From positions 1 through 32,602 of the forward strand of contig JAGLJW010000016.1 in the NCBI GenBank assembly GCA_023142215.1: a DNA stretch of 32,602 nt, written 5' to 3'. The translations under genes were made by a program, and so were the position numbers. Origin of the DNA: Candidatus Parcubacteria bacterium. GTDB lineage: Bacteria; Patescibacteriota; Patescibacteriia; Patescibacteriales; UBA12075. The notes under the pieces are model-generated. The model had not been told where the DNA came from, made no database searches, and worked only from the letters and a program-made list of their open reading frames with translations. Of the stretch, positions 1 through 9,889 are shown piece by piece (within the stretch, counting starts at the first letter, position 1; the number at the start of each line of letters is the position of its first letter).

Positions 1-92
1 TTTTAGTGATTGGCGACAGTCCCTTTATATATTCTATTTTTCATGATATACTAAAAATAAGACTATTATTAATTAAATAAAAATTATTTATT

Positions 93-524
93 ATGCGTAC
101 ATATATTAAGTCTGGTTTAAAATCACTAATATTAATAATTCCTTTTATACTATATCTACTAGTGAGGTTTTTATTCCCACTTTGTCCTGATAATGATTAT
201 ATTAATATTTTAAAAGCTACTGTCCTGTTTTCATGTGTATCTATTGCGTTAACTTTTATAACATCTTTTATTACGCATTCAATAATTAAAAAACGTATTA
301 ATTTAAAAAAATGGCATGAATCTGGAATTAAAAGTTTTAATATCATAGTCCCTATATCGTCTTTACTGGCTCTTTTTGGAGTATTAGTCTTTTTACCGGG
401 AATACTAAACACGCTGTTGCTCATTATATTCTTCTTTTGTATGACGCTATTATTAACTATAATACTTGGCATACCTATTAGTATAATAGTAACCCGAATA
501 TCTTATTTTATAAACCAAAAATAG
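93..524 (+). CDS. Hypothetical 4-TM membrane protein, tandem paralog 1
   Basis: 143 aa with four hydrophobic segments; N- and C-termini nearly identical to 583..1032. Confidence 0.75.
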   Translation: MRTYIKSGLKSLILIIPFILYLLVRFLFPLCPDNDYINILKATVLFSCVSIALTFITSFITHSIIKKRINLKKWHESGIKSFNIIVPISSLLALFGVLVFLPGILNTLLLIIFFFCMTLLLTIILGIPISIIVTRISYFINQK

Positions 525-582
525 TTTATCTATTATCACCGCTTCCTAAAATTTATCATTAATTAAATAAAAATTATTTACT

Positions 583-1032
583 ATGCGTACATATATTAAG
601 TCTGGTTTAAAATCACTAATATTTATAATTCCTTTTATACTATTAATAAGTTTTAATACACTTCATCATGCTGGCTATACTGATATTTTAAAGATTGCCA
701 CCATATTTATGTCCATATCCATTGCATCAGCTTTTATAACATCTTTCATTACACACTCAATGATTAAAAAACGCGTTGAATTAAAAAAGTGGTATAAATC
801 TGGAATTAAAAGTTTTAATGTCATAGTCCCTATATCATCTCTAATATCTATTAGCGCATTCTCAACTACTTACAGAACATTCGGAGCACCTGACTTCTTT
901 GCATCAGTACCTTTAAATATACTAGTTGTTGTTATTCTGTTTTTTTTCTATACACTTTGCTTCACTATAATACTTGGCATACCTATTAGTATAATAGTAA
1001 TCTCAATATCTTATTTTATAAACCGAGAATAA
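583..1032 (+). CDS. Hypothetical 4-TM membrane protein, tandem paralog 2
   Basis: 149 aa; shares MRTYIKSGLKSLI and TIILGIPISIIV..ISYFIN with paralog 1. Confidence 0.75.
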   Translation: MRTYIKSGLKSLIFIIPFILLISFNTLHHAGYTDILKIATIFMSISIASAFITSFITHSMIKKRVELKKWYKSGIKSFNVIVPISSLISISAFSTTYRTFGAPDFFASVPLNILVVVILFFFYTLCFTIILGIPISIIVISISYFINRE

Positions 1033-1033
1033 T

Positions 1034-1363
1034 TTATCTATTATCACCACTTCCTTGAATTGTTCCTCTTTCTAATCGTGAAAATAATTTTTCTAAGTTA
1101 TTGTTTGCAACTTCATCTAAGGAAACATCTAATTCTCTTGCAATTTGAGCAACATACCACAATACATCTCCAAGTTCTTTTCCAATTTCTTTTTTCTTTT
1201 CATCTGTCATTATGCCATTGTCATCACGCATAATTTTTTTTACTTTATTTGCAATTTCACCAGCCTCACCAGTTAAACCAAGAGTGGGGTAGATGATATT
1301 TTTTCCAACATTTGGATACAAAGCTGTTTTTTTAGCTTGTTCTTGATACTCATTTAAAGTCAT
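1034..1363 (-). CDS. MazG-like nucleoside triphosphate pyrophosphohydrolase
   Basis: LGLTGEAGE...KELGDVLWY motifs and C-terminal GSGDNR. Confidence 0.9.
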   Translation of the reverse strand: MTLNEYQEQAKKTALYPNVGKNIIYPTLGLTGEAGEIANKVKKIMRDDNGIMTDEKKKEIGKELGDVLWYVAQIARELDVSLDEVANNNLEKLFSRLERGTIQGSGDNR

Positions 1364-1367
1364 AAGT

Positions 1368-2474
1368 TTATTCTTTATTTTTAATTATCCAATAGACTGC
1401 AATTAGAGTACTAATTGGTACTGTTAAAATTAATCCAATACTACCTGTTAAAGTTCTAACTATTTCTGTTGCAATTACTTCATTGTTGATTATTTGCCCC
1501 CATGTGCCAAAAATGCTTCCACCACTTACAAACAATATCAACAAGGGGAGTGAGACACCGACGTAAGCCAGGAATAAGGTGTTCGTCATTGAGCTAATGT
1601 GTGACACGCCAACTTTATAAGCTTTATGAAAAACTTCTTTTTTAGATTGATCAGAATTAGCTTTAATTATTTGTTCTACTGCAACAACTTGTGAAATTAC
1701 TACATCGTCTAAAATACCCAAAGTACCAATTATCATACCTGCCAATAATAAACCTTTGAAATTAATTACTGTTTCACCAAAACTAACCAAATAAAACATT
1801 TCATCGGAAGCAAGTCCTGATAAACAAACAAGCTCTATAAAAAACCAAGATAAAATAATAGAAATAAATAATCCAATTGATATACTGACAATGGCAATAT
1901 GCGACTTGGTTTTAAATCCTTCTGTAATATAGATTATTGAAAATAAAATTATTATAGATCCAATTAAGGTTGTTAATAATGGACTATGTCCTGATATTAT
2001 TTGTGGGATTAAATATTTTACAATTACTAAAAATGATATAGCCAATGAAAACAAAGAACGTACTCCTTTTAATTTTCCAACTGCTATTACTACTAAAATA
2101 AACAGGATAAACAATAAAGCTAAAAAATCAGAACGTTCGTAATCTGTTATGTAATAATTAGCTTTTCCTAATTCATCAAAACTAGCAACGACGATAACTT
2201 TGTCATTTTCTTTGTAAATATTATTTTTTATTACATCAAAATCTTTAATATTATTAATAACAATTTCTTTTCCAGCTTCATCACCATCAAGAAGTTTTAT
2301 TTTGATTCTTTGCTGTTCAACTTTTTCTTCATCTGGCAATTCTTTCTCAACTTGTTCTAAAATTTCAAGAACTCTGGCAGAAAAAACTTTATCTGCAATA
2401 GCTTCTTTGTCTTGGGCTAAAACCAAAAATGGAATAAATAATAATATTAAGATGAATAATAATATTTTTTTCAT
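1368..2474 (-). CDS. YibE/F family membrane protein
   Basis: LLLAGMIIGTLGILDDVVISQ, HISSMTNTLFLAYVG and EIVRTLTGSIGL motifs. Confidence 0.9.
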   Translation of the reverse strand: MKKILLFILILLFIPFLVLAQDKEAIADKVFSARVLEILEQVEKELPDEEKVEQQRIKIKLLDGDEAGKEIVINNIKDFDVIKNNIYKENDKVIVVASFDELGKANYYITDYERSDFLALLFILFILVVIAVGKLKGVRSLFSLAISFLVIVKYLIPQIISGHSPLLTTLIGSIIILFSIIYITEGFKTKSHIAIVSISIGLFISIILSWFFIELVCLSGLASDEMFYLVSFGETVINFKGLLLAGMIIGTLGILDDVVISQVVAVEQIIKANSDQSKKEVFHKAYKVGVSHISSMTNTLFLAYVGVSLPLLILFVSGGSIFGTWGQIINNEVIATEIVRTLTGSIGLILTVPISTLIAVYWIIKNKE

Positions 2475-2475
2475 A

Positions 2476-3969
2476 CTAATGAATATTTGTTACATATAAA
2501 TCAACAGGTGCATAATCATCTGTTAATATAGGCAAATCATTATCAACTTTTTTAGTCCATAAATGACTTAAGTGCTTATCAAACTCTAAATTTTCACTTT
2601 TAAATTCAGGTTTATTCTCACTCTTTAAAAAAACAACTAGAGAATTTTGTCTTTTAAAACCATCCTCAGGATATTGAACAGGGAAGATATAGGCTTGAGG
2701 AAATTTTGTTTTATAGGTAGCAATTTCAGCACGCATAAATTTTCCTTTATCGCCGTCAATGGCAGAAATAATATTAACAAGCACAACTCCGTCATCACTT
2801 AAATTATTATACAACTTGCTTACCACTTCTTTTGTTGTTAAATGAAATGGCGCAGATAGATTAGAATTAAATGCATCCATAATTATTACATCATAAACTT
2901 CTTTCATTTCATTAATAAAAGTTCTTCCATCTTCGTGATAAATATTTATTCTATCATTTTCTTTGAAATCAAAATATTTTTTTGCAACATTGATTAATTC
3001 TGGATCAATTTCAACCACATCCATTGTTCCTGTTTCACTTCTTCGTAAAAAATCTTGCGGATAGGTATAAGTACCACCACCAATCATTAAAGTTTTTCGA
3101 TAGTTAGGTTTAAAATGTTCTGCTAGTCTGTAAAATCTATAGATATCAAAAACCAAATCATTATTATCATCTGTAAAAATTGCACTTTGTACTCCAAAGG
3201 GATCGGTAATATAGCCACGAATTGGTCTTTTTGTTTCTTTGTCTTTGGTTTCAATAATTCTAATATCATTATAGCTTGTACTAATTTCAATAAAATCTTT
3301 ATTTGTGGTTTTCGCATTAACAAAACTTATGGCTGTTATTAATATTAAAAACGAAACAATTGTAACATGCTTTTTTTCTATTTTTTTATTATTTTGTGTA
3401 TATGCTAATGCTGACGAAACCAAAAGAGAAAGCACAATAAATAATAAAATATTAGAAGAACCAATCATTGGAATTAAAACAAAACCTGCTAAAAATGTTC
3501 CAAATATACTTCCAACAGTTGAAATAGCATACATAGAGCCAATTGTTTCACCTGAGTGTTCAATTTCTTTTAATTTCAATCTAACGGCATAAGGTGAAAC
3601 CATTCCAAATAAAACACTAGCCGGAGCAAATAAGAATATTGTAGCAACAACACCTGCGATACGAATATCTTTAACAAAAAAACTTAAATACTCTAAAAAT
3701 GGATTTTTTATAAGTGCTGTAATGGTAATAAATAGAGCAGCTACAAAAATCATACTAGACAAAGTTAAATAATTTGGTTTTCTGTCAGATAATTTTCCTC
3801 CAATATAATAACCTAAACTTAAGCTACCAAGTATTATTCCAATTAGACTGGTCCAGATAACTAAGGATGTTCCCATGTATGGTGCTAATATTCGTGAACC
3901 AACCAGTTCAAAAATCATAACAACAGCTCCGCTAATAAAAACAATAATTTCCAATAAATATTTTTTCAT
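2476..3969 (-). CDS. Fused membrane domain / spermidine synthase-like SAM-dependent protein
   Basis: N-terminal TM domain (SGAVVMIFELVGSRILAPYMG); C-terminal LMIGGG, VVEIDP, DGR, DVIIMDAF, LTDDYAPV. Confidence 0.85.
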   Translation of the reverse strand: MKKYLLEIIVFISGAVVMIFELVGSRILAPYMGTSLVIWTSLIGIILGSLSLGYYIGGKLSDRKPNYLTLSSMIFVAALFITITALIKNPFLEYLSFFVKDIRIAGVVATIFLFAPASVLFGMVSPYAVRLKLKEIEHSGETIGSMYAISTVGSIFGTFLAGFVLIPMIGSSNILLFIVLSLLVSSALAYTQNNKKIEKKHVTIVSFLILITAISFVNAKTTNKDFIEISTSYNDIRIIETKDKETKRPIRGYITDPFGVQSAIFTDDNNDLVFDIYRFYRLAEHFKPNYRKTLMIGGGTYTYPQDFLRRSETGTMDVVEIDPELINVAKKYFDFKENDRINIYHEDGRTFINEMKEVYDVIIMDAFNSNLSAPFHLTTKEVVSKLYNNLSDDGVVLVNIISAIDGDKGKFMRAEIATYKTKFPQAYIFPVQYPEDGFKRQNSLVVFLKSENKPEFKSENLEFDKHLSHLWTKKVDNDLPILTDDYAPVDLYVTNIH

Positions 3970-3986
3970 AATAACATTTTTTTAAT

Positions 3987-4059
3987 GGGTCTGTCGCCAA
4001 ACTACAGTTTTGGCATAAATTTTCAGATTTCGGTCATACTGTAGTTTGGTGACAAACCC
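3987..4059. mobile_element. MITE-like inverted-repeat element, short form
   Basis: 22-bp terminal IRs gggtctgtcgccaaactacagt / actgtagtttggtgacaaaccc (2 mismatches); internal cataaattttcagattt shared with 11506..11607. Confidence 0.6.
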
Positions 4060-4068
4060 TAAATAAAT

Positions 4069-5205
4069 TTAAAACATAATCCACTCTGGTTTAAATATTA
4101 AAAGTATTCCTAGAATGAATATAATAATTCCTCCAATTAAGTTTGCATATTTAGTGTATTTTGTATTAATTCCTTTCAATTCTAAGGTTTTCATAGCAAT
4201 AACAAAAATTAACATGTCATCAAGCATGAAAATCAAAATATAAAAAACTAAATAAATATAATATTGCCAGACTGGCAAATTACTAACTGTAAGTATTTGA
4301 GCAAAAACAGCCGGTAATCCTGCAGAACAAACCAATTCAACTAAATTTACGGCAACAGCTAAAATAATAATACCTAATAGTGCCAACCAAAGTTTTTGTT
4401 CTGTAATAATTTTTTGAATTTTACAAAAAATCTTTTTTCTTTTTTCATTACCAGTTACCCTGCAAGATCCGTTTTTGTTATTTAAATAATCATACACATG
4501 ATAAGAACCGCTTGCAACAGCAACAAAACCAATTAGAATACGTACCCAAAAAACGAAACCGATAAATAAAAACAAATTCAACCAAGCAGATAAAAATAAA
4601 AAATACACTGTTCCTGATGAAAAAATAAAAGTCATACCAAGAATCCACATTCGTTTTTTATCTTGCATGCCTAAAAGAAGACTAATTAAAAAAATTAAAA
4701 CCCACATAGCACAAGGATTAAAGCCATCAGTTGCTGCTATTATAAACGTTAAAAAGGGTAAAGAAAAATTTCTAGCATTAATTTCACCAATGAAAGGAAT
4801 ACTAATAAGCACAGGGGAATTATTTTCTTCATTTGATGTATCAAGATATCTTTTAATAATTTCTTCTATTTTTTTTCCTGTTATTTCATCGGATCCATAT
4901 CCAATTACATATTCATCTTCAATAATTAATAAAGGAACTCCAGTTCTTGAAACATTTAATTTTTTGACAAATTGTTTATAAAATTCTTGATTTTCAGAAT
5001 TATGATAAGTTTCAAATTTATTGATAATTATATTAGGATATTTATCTTTTAACTTTAATAAAAAAATTTCCTCTTTAGCACAATGCGGACAACTATCACC
5101 ATAAAAAAAATATAAATTAATTTCAGGTTGATTTGCCTTTACCGGACTAATAAAAATGTATGAAAATAAAAAAATGAAAATAATTAATAAAAATATTTTT
5201 TTCAT
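4069..5205 (-). CDS. Thioredoxin/glutaredoxin domain fused to CcdA/DsbD-like membrane domain
   Basis: Signal/TM, CPHC redox motif, then DGFNPCAMWV and ELVCSAG membrane cysteines. Confidence 0.8.
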   Translation of the reverse strand: MKKIFLLIIFIFLFSYIFISPVKANQPEINLYFFYGDSCPHCAKEEIFLLKLKDKYPNIIINKFETYHNSENQEFYKQFVKKLNVSRTGVPLLIIEDEYVIGYGSDEITGKKIEEIIKRYLDTSNEENNSPVLISIPFIGEINARNFSLPFLTFIIAATDGFNPCAMWVLIFLISLLLGMQDKKRMWILGMTFIFSSGTVYFLFLSAWLNLFLFIGFVFWVRILIGFVAVASGSYHVYDYLNNKNGSCRVTGNEKRKKIFCKIQKIITEQKLWLALLGIIILAVAVNLVELVCSAGLPAVFAQILTVSNLPVWQYYIYLVFYILIFMLDDMLIFVIAMKTLELKGINTKYTKYANLIGGIIIFILGILLIFKPEWIMF

Positions 5206-5283
5206 AAACTAACTTGTTATTCTTGTAAAAACAAGAATGTATTTTATTTGTAATAATTAATATTATACACTACCAAACAGAAC

Positions 5284-5311
5284 TTGACAAAGATTAGAAA
5301 AAGTATATAAT
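5284..5311 (+). promoter_or_regulatory. Sigma70-type promoter
   Basis: TTGACA-N16-TATAAT. Confidence 0.6.
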
Positions 5312-5354
5312 GTATTGCAAGGTCTTTCAAGTCAAAACAAACAAGGAGAAAAAA

Positions 5355-5513
5355 ATGGAAAATCTTTTTTTGGAAATAATAGGTTTTTGTGGCGTATGCA
5401 TATATTTAGTTTCTAATCTAATAGATACTGGAAAAACAGAAGATTTTAGAAAAACTCTTTTGGAAAAGTCAGACAAACAAAATAAATTGCTTAAAAAAAT
5501 TCTTGAAAAATAA
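5355..5513 (+). CDS. Small hypothetical single-TM protein (52 aa)
   Basis: AAGGAG RBS before ATG 5355, preferred over 5310; consensus promoter upstream and terminator downstream. Confidence 0.55.
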   Translation: MENLFLEIIGFCGVCIYLVSNLIDTGKTEDFRKTLLEKSDKQNKLLKKILEK

Positions 5514-5526
5514 CATTAATCTTTAC

Positions 5527-5558
5527 ACAAGTCAAAATTATTGGCTTGTCTTTTTTTT
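5527..5558 (+). terminator. Intrinsic terminator
   Basis: acaagtcaa-aatta-ttggcttgt followed by a T run; second hairpin aaattcctcc..ggaggaattt at 5563..5593. Confidence 0.55.
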
Positions 5559-5712
5559 ACAAAAATTCCTCCCCGAAAAATGAGGAGGAATTTAAGTAAA
5601 AAAGGGGCACGCCTGAGTCTGTTTTAATTTTTAATATTTGTTTTAATTAATAATAATTTACATTATTATTGTTGTTTTATATTATTGATTTCGATGATAC
5701 GTCCCAATGAAT

Positions 5713-5738
5713 GATACGCCCCAGCGGGGCGCATCTAC
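5713..5738 (-). repeat. GTAG-type REP-like palindrome
   Basis: Minus strand GTAGATGCGCCCCGCTGGGGCGTATC; partial copy atgatacgtccca at 5694..5706. Confidence 0.55.
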
Positions 5739-5743
5739 GGGGT

Positions 5744-7201
5744 TTATTTTTTGTTTTCATTGTCTTCTTTTTCATTTTCACTCTCTTTTTCTTTAATCAA
5801 TTCGCGATTCACCCACAATATCCAAGCAATTACTGCTATTAAAAATACTGTGAATATTAGAACGCTCCATGATTTTCCTTGTCCTTGATTGTCTTCTGTC
5901 ACAGCACCTGTTTTTTCAGCTGATGTTGTTGATATTTCTTTGCTTAATATTTCTTCAACATCTTTGTCTTGAATATTATCATTTTCTTTTATTTCTTTGT
6001 CATCAACCTTGTCTGTAATATTGTTTTTAATTTCTTCATCTCGTTCTGAATCATCTTTAATTCTTACCTGTGGAACAATTTCTTTTTTAATTTCTTGCTT
6101 TGGTTCTTCTTTAATTTTGTCCTCTGTTATATCAACATTTTTTTCTTTTTCAACTATTTCAATTTCCTTATCCTCTTTTATATCATAAATATATTCAGCT
6201 ATTTCAGTGTCCTCAATTTTATCACTAACAGCTACTTCGCTAATCATAGGACTTAAGTCACTAGTAACTACAATCTTTGCAAAATTTGACCAAACACTCT
6301 CTTTTCCTCTATCGTCAATAGTTACAACATATACGAAATGATTTCCTGCACTTAAATCAGATTTAATCATATAAACAAAATCAATTGTACCAGATTCATG
6401 ATTTCCTACTTTTATCATTCCATCCATTTTTTGATCTACAAACACTTTAACAAATAATCCATTCTTAACTAATCCTGTTACAAAAGGTCTGGTTTTGTCG
6501 GCTGTATTTGAAACAATGCTTACATTTGAAGCAACAGGAAGATGATGTTCAATATTAAATTTTAAAATATTAGAAATTTTACTTTTTCTGCCATTTTCAT
6601 CTTCGGCTACAACCCAAACCGTATGATTTCCAACTGATAAATTTAAAAATGGTTTATAGGCAAAATTAGCTGTTCCTGAATCATGAGATAAAATTGATGT
6701 TTTTCCATTATACACTCCGTCAACATAAACATGTACTAACGAATTAGTTCTGGTTAAACCTTTAATATATGGTTTTACTTTAGCTATTATAATTTGTTCA
6801 TTAGGAAAAATTAAAGTTGGGGCAGACAGCTCTGGAACAATAATTTCAAAACTTTCACTAAATTCTGACATCAATTCTGTATTAACTTTTTTAGCAATTA
6901 CTTTAATGCTATGACTTCCAACTTCTAAAATTTTATTTAATTTAAAATAATAATTATTAGTTTCAGTACCTTTTGATTGAATTATTGCATTACCTAAAAA
7001 TTTATCATTCTCATAAACTAAAACATCAGAATCTTTTTCCACTAAACCAATTATTAACGGTTGAGTTAAATTTGCTTTTTCAGTATTTACTTCAATAATC
7101 ATCGGAGTTTTCACTGAAGCAGCTTGAGCTAATTTATTTGGTAGAAAAAATAACACTGTTAATACACCCAGAATAAATAAGCTTTTATAAAATCGTTTCA
7201 T
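5744..7201 (-). CDS. Secreted/surface protein with ~3 bacterial Ig-like repeats, charged linker and C-terminal TM anchor
   Basis: Signal peptide ending AQA; repeats of P.I.G......V.VYVD...G...L..G.H.V.V.A.D; E/K/D-rich linker; C-terminal hydrophobic helix. Confidence 0.75.
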   Translation of the reverse strand: MKRFYKSLFILGVLTVLFFLPNKLAQAASVKTPMIIEVNTEKANLTQPLIIGLVEKDSDVLVYENDKFLGNAIIQSKGTETNNYYFKLNKILEVGSHSIKVIAKKVNTELMSEFSESFEIIVPELSAPTLIFPNEQIIIAKVKPYIKGLTRTNSLVHVYVDGVYNGKTSILSHDSGTANFAYKPFLNLSVGNHTVWVVAEDENGRKSKISNILKFNIEHHLPVASNVSIVSNTADKTRPFVTGLVKNGLFVKVFVDQKMDGMIKVGNHESGTIDFVYMIKSDLSAGNHFVYVVTIDDRGKESVWSNFAKIVVTSDLSPMISEVAVSDKIEDTEIAEYIYDIKEDKEIEIVEKEKNVDITEDKIKEEPKQEIKKEIVPQVRIKDDSERDEEIKNNITDKVDDKEIKENDNIQDKDVEEILSKEISTTSAEKTGAVTEDNQGQGKSWSVLIFTVFLIAVIAWILWVNRELIKEKESENEKEDNENKK

Positions 7202-7497
7202 AAAAATTTCTTTCCCTCACTTAATTAGTAATTTATTATTATTTATAATTTTATTTTTTTTAAGAACAGTTTATTTTAGTATTTTTTGTTTATATTTGTA
7301 TTTATATTTGTATTTGTATTTCATAAAAGAACAAACAGATAAAGAAAGATCGATTTATTGTTTTTATACATTAACTTAATAATATATTTTTGACAAGAGC
7401 AAAAAAACAACTATAGAAAAATAACCACTCATAACCTTAAACTGTATCATTTTGTAAGCAATAGCCAGAGAGAGTTCTGAAATTACATAAAAACTAA

Positions 7498-7537
7498 TTC
7501 ATAGCATTAGTGTACGATCGTATCTTAATGCTATGAA
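7498..7537. terminator. Stem-loop downstream of yraN, probable terminator
   Basis: ttcatagcatta / taatgctatgaa perfect 12-bp IR with inner palindrome tacgatcgta. Confidence 0.45.
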
Positions 7538-7575
7538 AAATAATTTTTATATTAACAAGTTTTTATTAAAATAAC

Positions 7576-7971
7576 TTAAAAAATTTCTTTAAAATGTTTA
7601 ATATTGGCTGTTTTATTTATTTTGTTTAAATCAATAGCAATTAAATCTAGTCTTGTTTTTTCTGGATTAATTTTATTCTTGGCAACATACATTGAAATAG
7701 CTCGAATTAAATGTTTCAATTTATTTCCAGTCATTGCATCCTCAGCTTTACTAAAACTATTTTTTAAACGAGTTTTAACTTCTACAAAAACTATTTCATC
7801 TTTATACTGACAAATTAAATCAATTTCTTTGTAACTAACTTTTACATTTTTTTTGAGCAATTTATAACCCTTCTTCCTTAAATAATCTATGGCTAATCTT
7901 TCACCAAAAACACCAACTTTTTGTTTGTAATTTAAATTATCATAATTAATTTCATTTTTCTTAAAAAACAT
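7576..7971 (-). CDS. yraN: YraN (UPF0102) family endonuclease-like protein
   Basis: G..GE.LA..YL...GY, EIDLI, IVFVEVKTR. Confidence 0.9.
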   Translation of the reverse strand: MFFKKNEINYDNLNYKQKVGVFGERLAIDYLRKKGYKLLKKNVKVSYKEIDLICQYKDEIVFVEVKTRLKNSFSKAEDAMTGNKLKHLIRAISMYVAKNKINPEKTRLDLIAIDLNKINKTANIKHFKEIF

Positions 7972-7972
7972 T

Positions 7973-8362
7973 TTAAGGTAAATATTTTTTAAATTCTTCG
8001 TCCTTTTTTCTTTTTTCTCTAAGTTTTGGTATTTGTTTTGATTGTTTATAAATTAAAATTAACCAAAAAATCATACCTATCACCCATAATACAAACCAAA
8101 ATCTAGCTGAAAAAAATCTAATATTTTCATAAGTAAAAAACAACAACAGAAGTGAAATAACAAAATTTGTTACTGTGAAAAAATGCAATCTTCGCCAAAT
8201 TTTAGAATAAGATCCTTTTTTTATTTGACTTAAATAAATCGATAAAATAACAAAAATAGCTAAGATTAAAATGAAAAGAATAAAATATAATTGCATTCTT
8301 GGTTCTAGGCTACCTGGACGAAAATTTGTCCAATAATCTAATTTGAAAATATTTTTATACAT
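7973..8362 (-). CDS. Hypothetical 3-TM membrane protein
   Basis: 129 aa with three hydrophobic segments; 1-bp gap to yraN. Confidence 0.7.
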   Translation of the reverse strand: MYKNIFKLDYWTNFRPGSLEPRMQLYFILFILILAIFVILSIYLSQIKKGSYSKIWRRLHFFTVTNFVISLLLLFFTYENIRFFSARFWFVLWVIGMIFWLILIYKQSKQIPKLREKRKKDEEFKKYLP

Positions 8363-8466
8363 ACTGTTTAGTTAAATTTTATTTATTATTCTTTTAATAT
8401 CATAATAAATATTAAAAGTCAAAAAAAATAAGCTCTTCATGAATATAGCCCAAACATTTTTGTTTT

Positions 8467-9021
8467 TTATATTTTTATAAATACCAAACCATAGTGATAT
8501 TTACCAGCAAAAAATTCTTCTTCAAATTTTAAACCTAATTTTTTTGAACCTTTTATTAAATTATCTTTTTTTACTCGGAATTCTGAAGGCGGACCAAGAG
8601 GAGAAGCAATATTTTTCCACTCAACTATAATAATTTTACCTTGATTTTTAATCATTCTAGTTGATTCTCTGATAATTTCAGGTCTTTTGTGCGATTGATA
8701 AAGTGTATTTATTAAAAAAACTATATCCAAACTGCAAGTTTCAATTTTAGTAGCTCCAAAAATTTCAATATCACTCCAAATTGTTCTAACATTTCTAGTA
8801 TTCTCCACTCTAGCTCTTCGAGACACTGTTTCTAGGGCTGTTTTTAGAATGTCAACAGCATAAACCCTTCCTTTTGAACCAACTATCTCAGCAGCTGGAA
8901 AAACATATCTTCCTAAAGATCCACAACCTAGATCAGCCACCTTCATATTGGTTTCAATTTGAGCTTTATCTAAAATTAAATCAACATCCAATAAAGCTCT
9001 ACCTCCTGTTATATGATTCAT
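8467..9021 (-). CDS. Class I SAM-dependent methyltransferase
   Basis: VADLGCGS.G motif I, VYAVD, IIIVEW, FFAGKYHYGL. Confidence 0.85.
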   Translation of the reverse strand: MNHITGGRALLDVDLILDKAQIETNMKVADLGCGSLGRYVFPAAEIVGSKGRVYAVDILKTALETVSRRARVENTRNVRTIWSDIEIFGATKIETCSLDIVFLINTLYQSHKRPEIIRESTRMIKNQGKIIIVEWKNIASPLGPPSEFRVKKDNLIKGSKKLGLKFEEEFFAGKYHYGLVFIKI

Positions 9022-9134
9022 AATATAAATATTATTAAGTAATTTTATATTTATATTATAGCCTATTTCATATCTTTTAACAATATTTTTATCAAATCAG
9101 TGTAGTTCTTAAAAAATATAATACAAATACAGGT

Positions 9135-9755
9135 TTATTGCAACATGCTTTTTACTGGTGAGAAACTTTTTCTATGTATAGGACATGGACCATATTCTTT
9201 TAGTGCAGCCATATGAATCTTAGTGCCATAACCCTTATGTTTATTAAATCCATATTTTGGATATTTATTATGATATTTAATTATTATTCTGTCACGTGTT
9301 ACTTTGGCAATTATTGAAGCAGCAGCTATTCCAAAAACCAAACTGTCACCACCAGGAATAATTCCTTGTTTTATTTTAATATTAGGAATTGCTATGTTGC
9401 CATCCACTAAAATAAAATCTGGTTTTTGTTTTAAATTATTAATCGCTAACTTCATAGCTAAAAGTGAAGCTTGTAAGATATTTATTTTATCAATTGTCCC
9501 ATGATCACAAATTCCAATTCCAATATCCATAGAACTTTCATGAATGAAATTAAATATTTTTTCACGTTTCTTTTCTGAAAGTTTTTTTGAGTCTTTAACT
9601 TCTTTTAAATCATCGCCTATTTTAAAATTATCATCAATTAAAACACAAGCAGCTACAACTGGGCCAGCCAATGGTCCTCTTCCTGCCTCATCTGTTGCAC
9701 CAACAAATTTATAACCTAAATTAAATATTTGTTTTTCTATTTTTAAATCATACAT
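9135..9755 (-). CDS. rnhB: Ribonuclease HII
   Basis: DEAGRGPLAGPVV, DSKKL, AASIIAKVTRD, HKGYGT, HRKSF. Confidence 0.97.
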   Translation of the reverse strand: MYDLKIEKQIFNLGYKFVGATDEAGRGPLAGPVVAACVLIDDNFKIGDDLKEVKDSKKLSEKKREKIFNFIHESSMDIGIGICDHGTIDKINILQASLLAMKLAINNLKQKPDFILVDGNIAIPNIKIKQGIIPGGDSLVFGIAAASIIAKVTRDRIIIKYHNKYPKYGFNKHKGYGTKIHMAALKEYGPCPIHRKSFSPVKSMLQ

Positions 9756-9889
9756 AATATAAATTTTAATAACTTTAGTATATCATAAACTATCCACAAT
9801 TGCTTATTTTACGTTTTTGCTAATATTTAACAAAATGAACAATTTAAGTCTCTAATTTTACACTTGTTAATAGTTTATTCACATTTTTC

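Larger units (their letters stand above)
65..1055 (+). repeat. Tandem duplication, units ~65..547 and ~555..1055
   Basis: Same upstream attaattaaataaaaattattta in both units; both end in tttatctattatcacc(g/a)cttcct (525..547 and 1033..1055). Confidence 0.85.
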
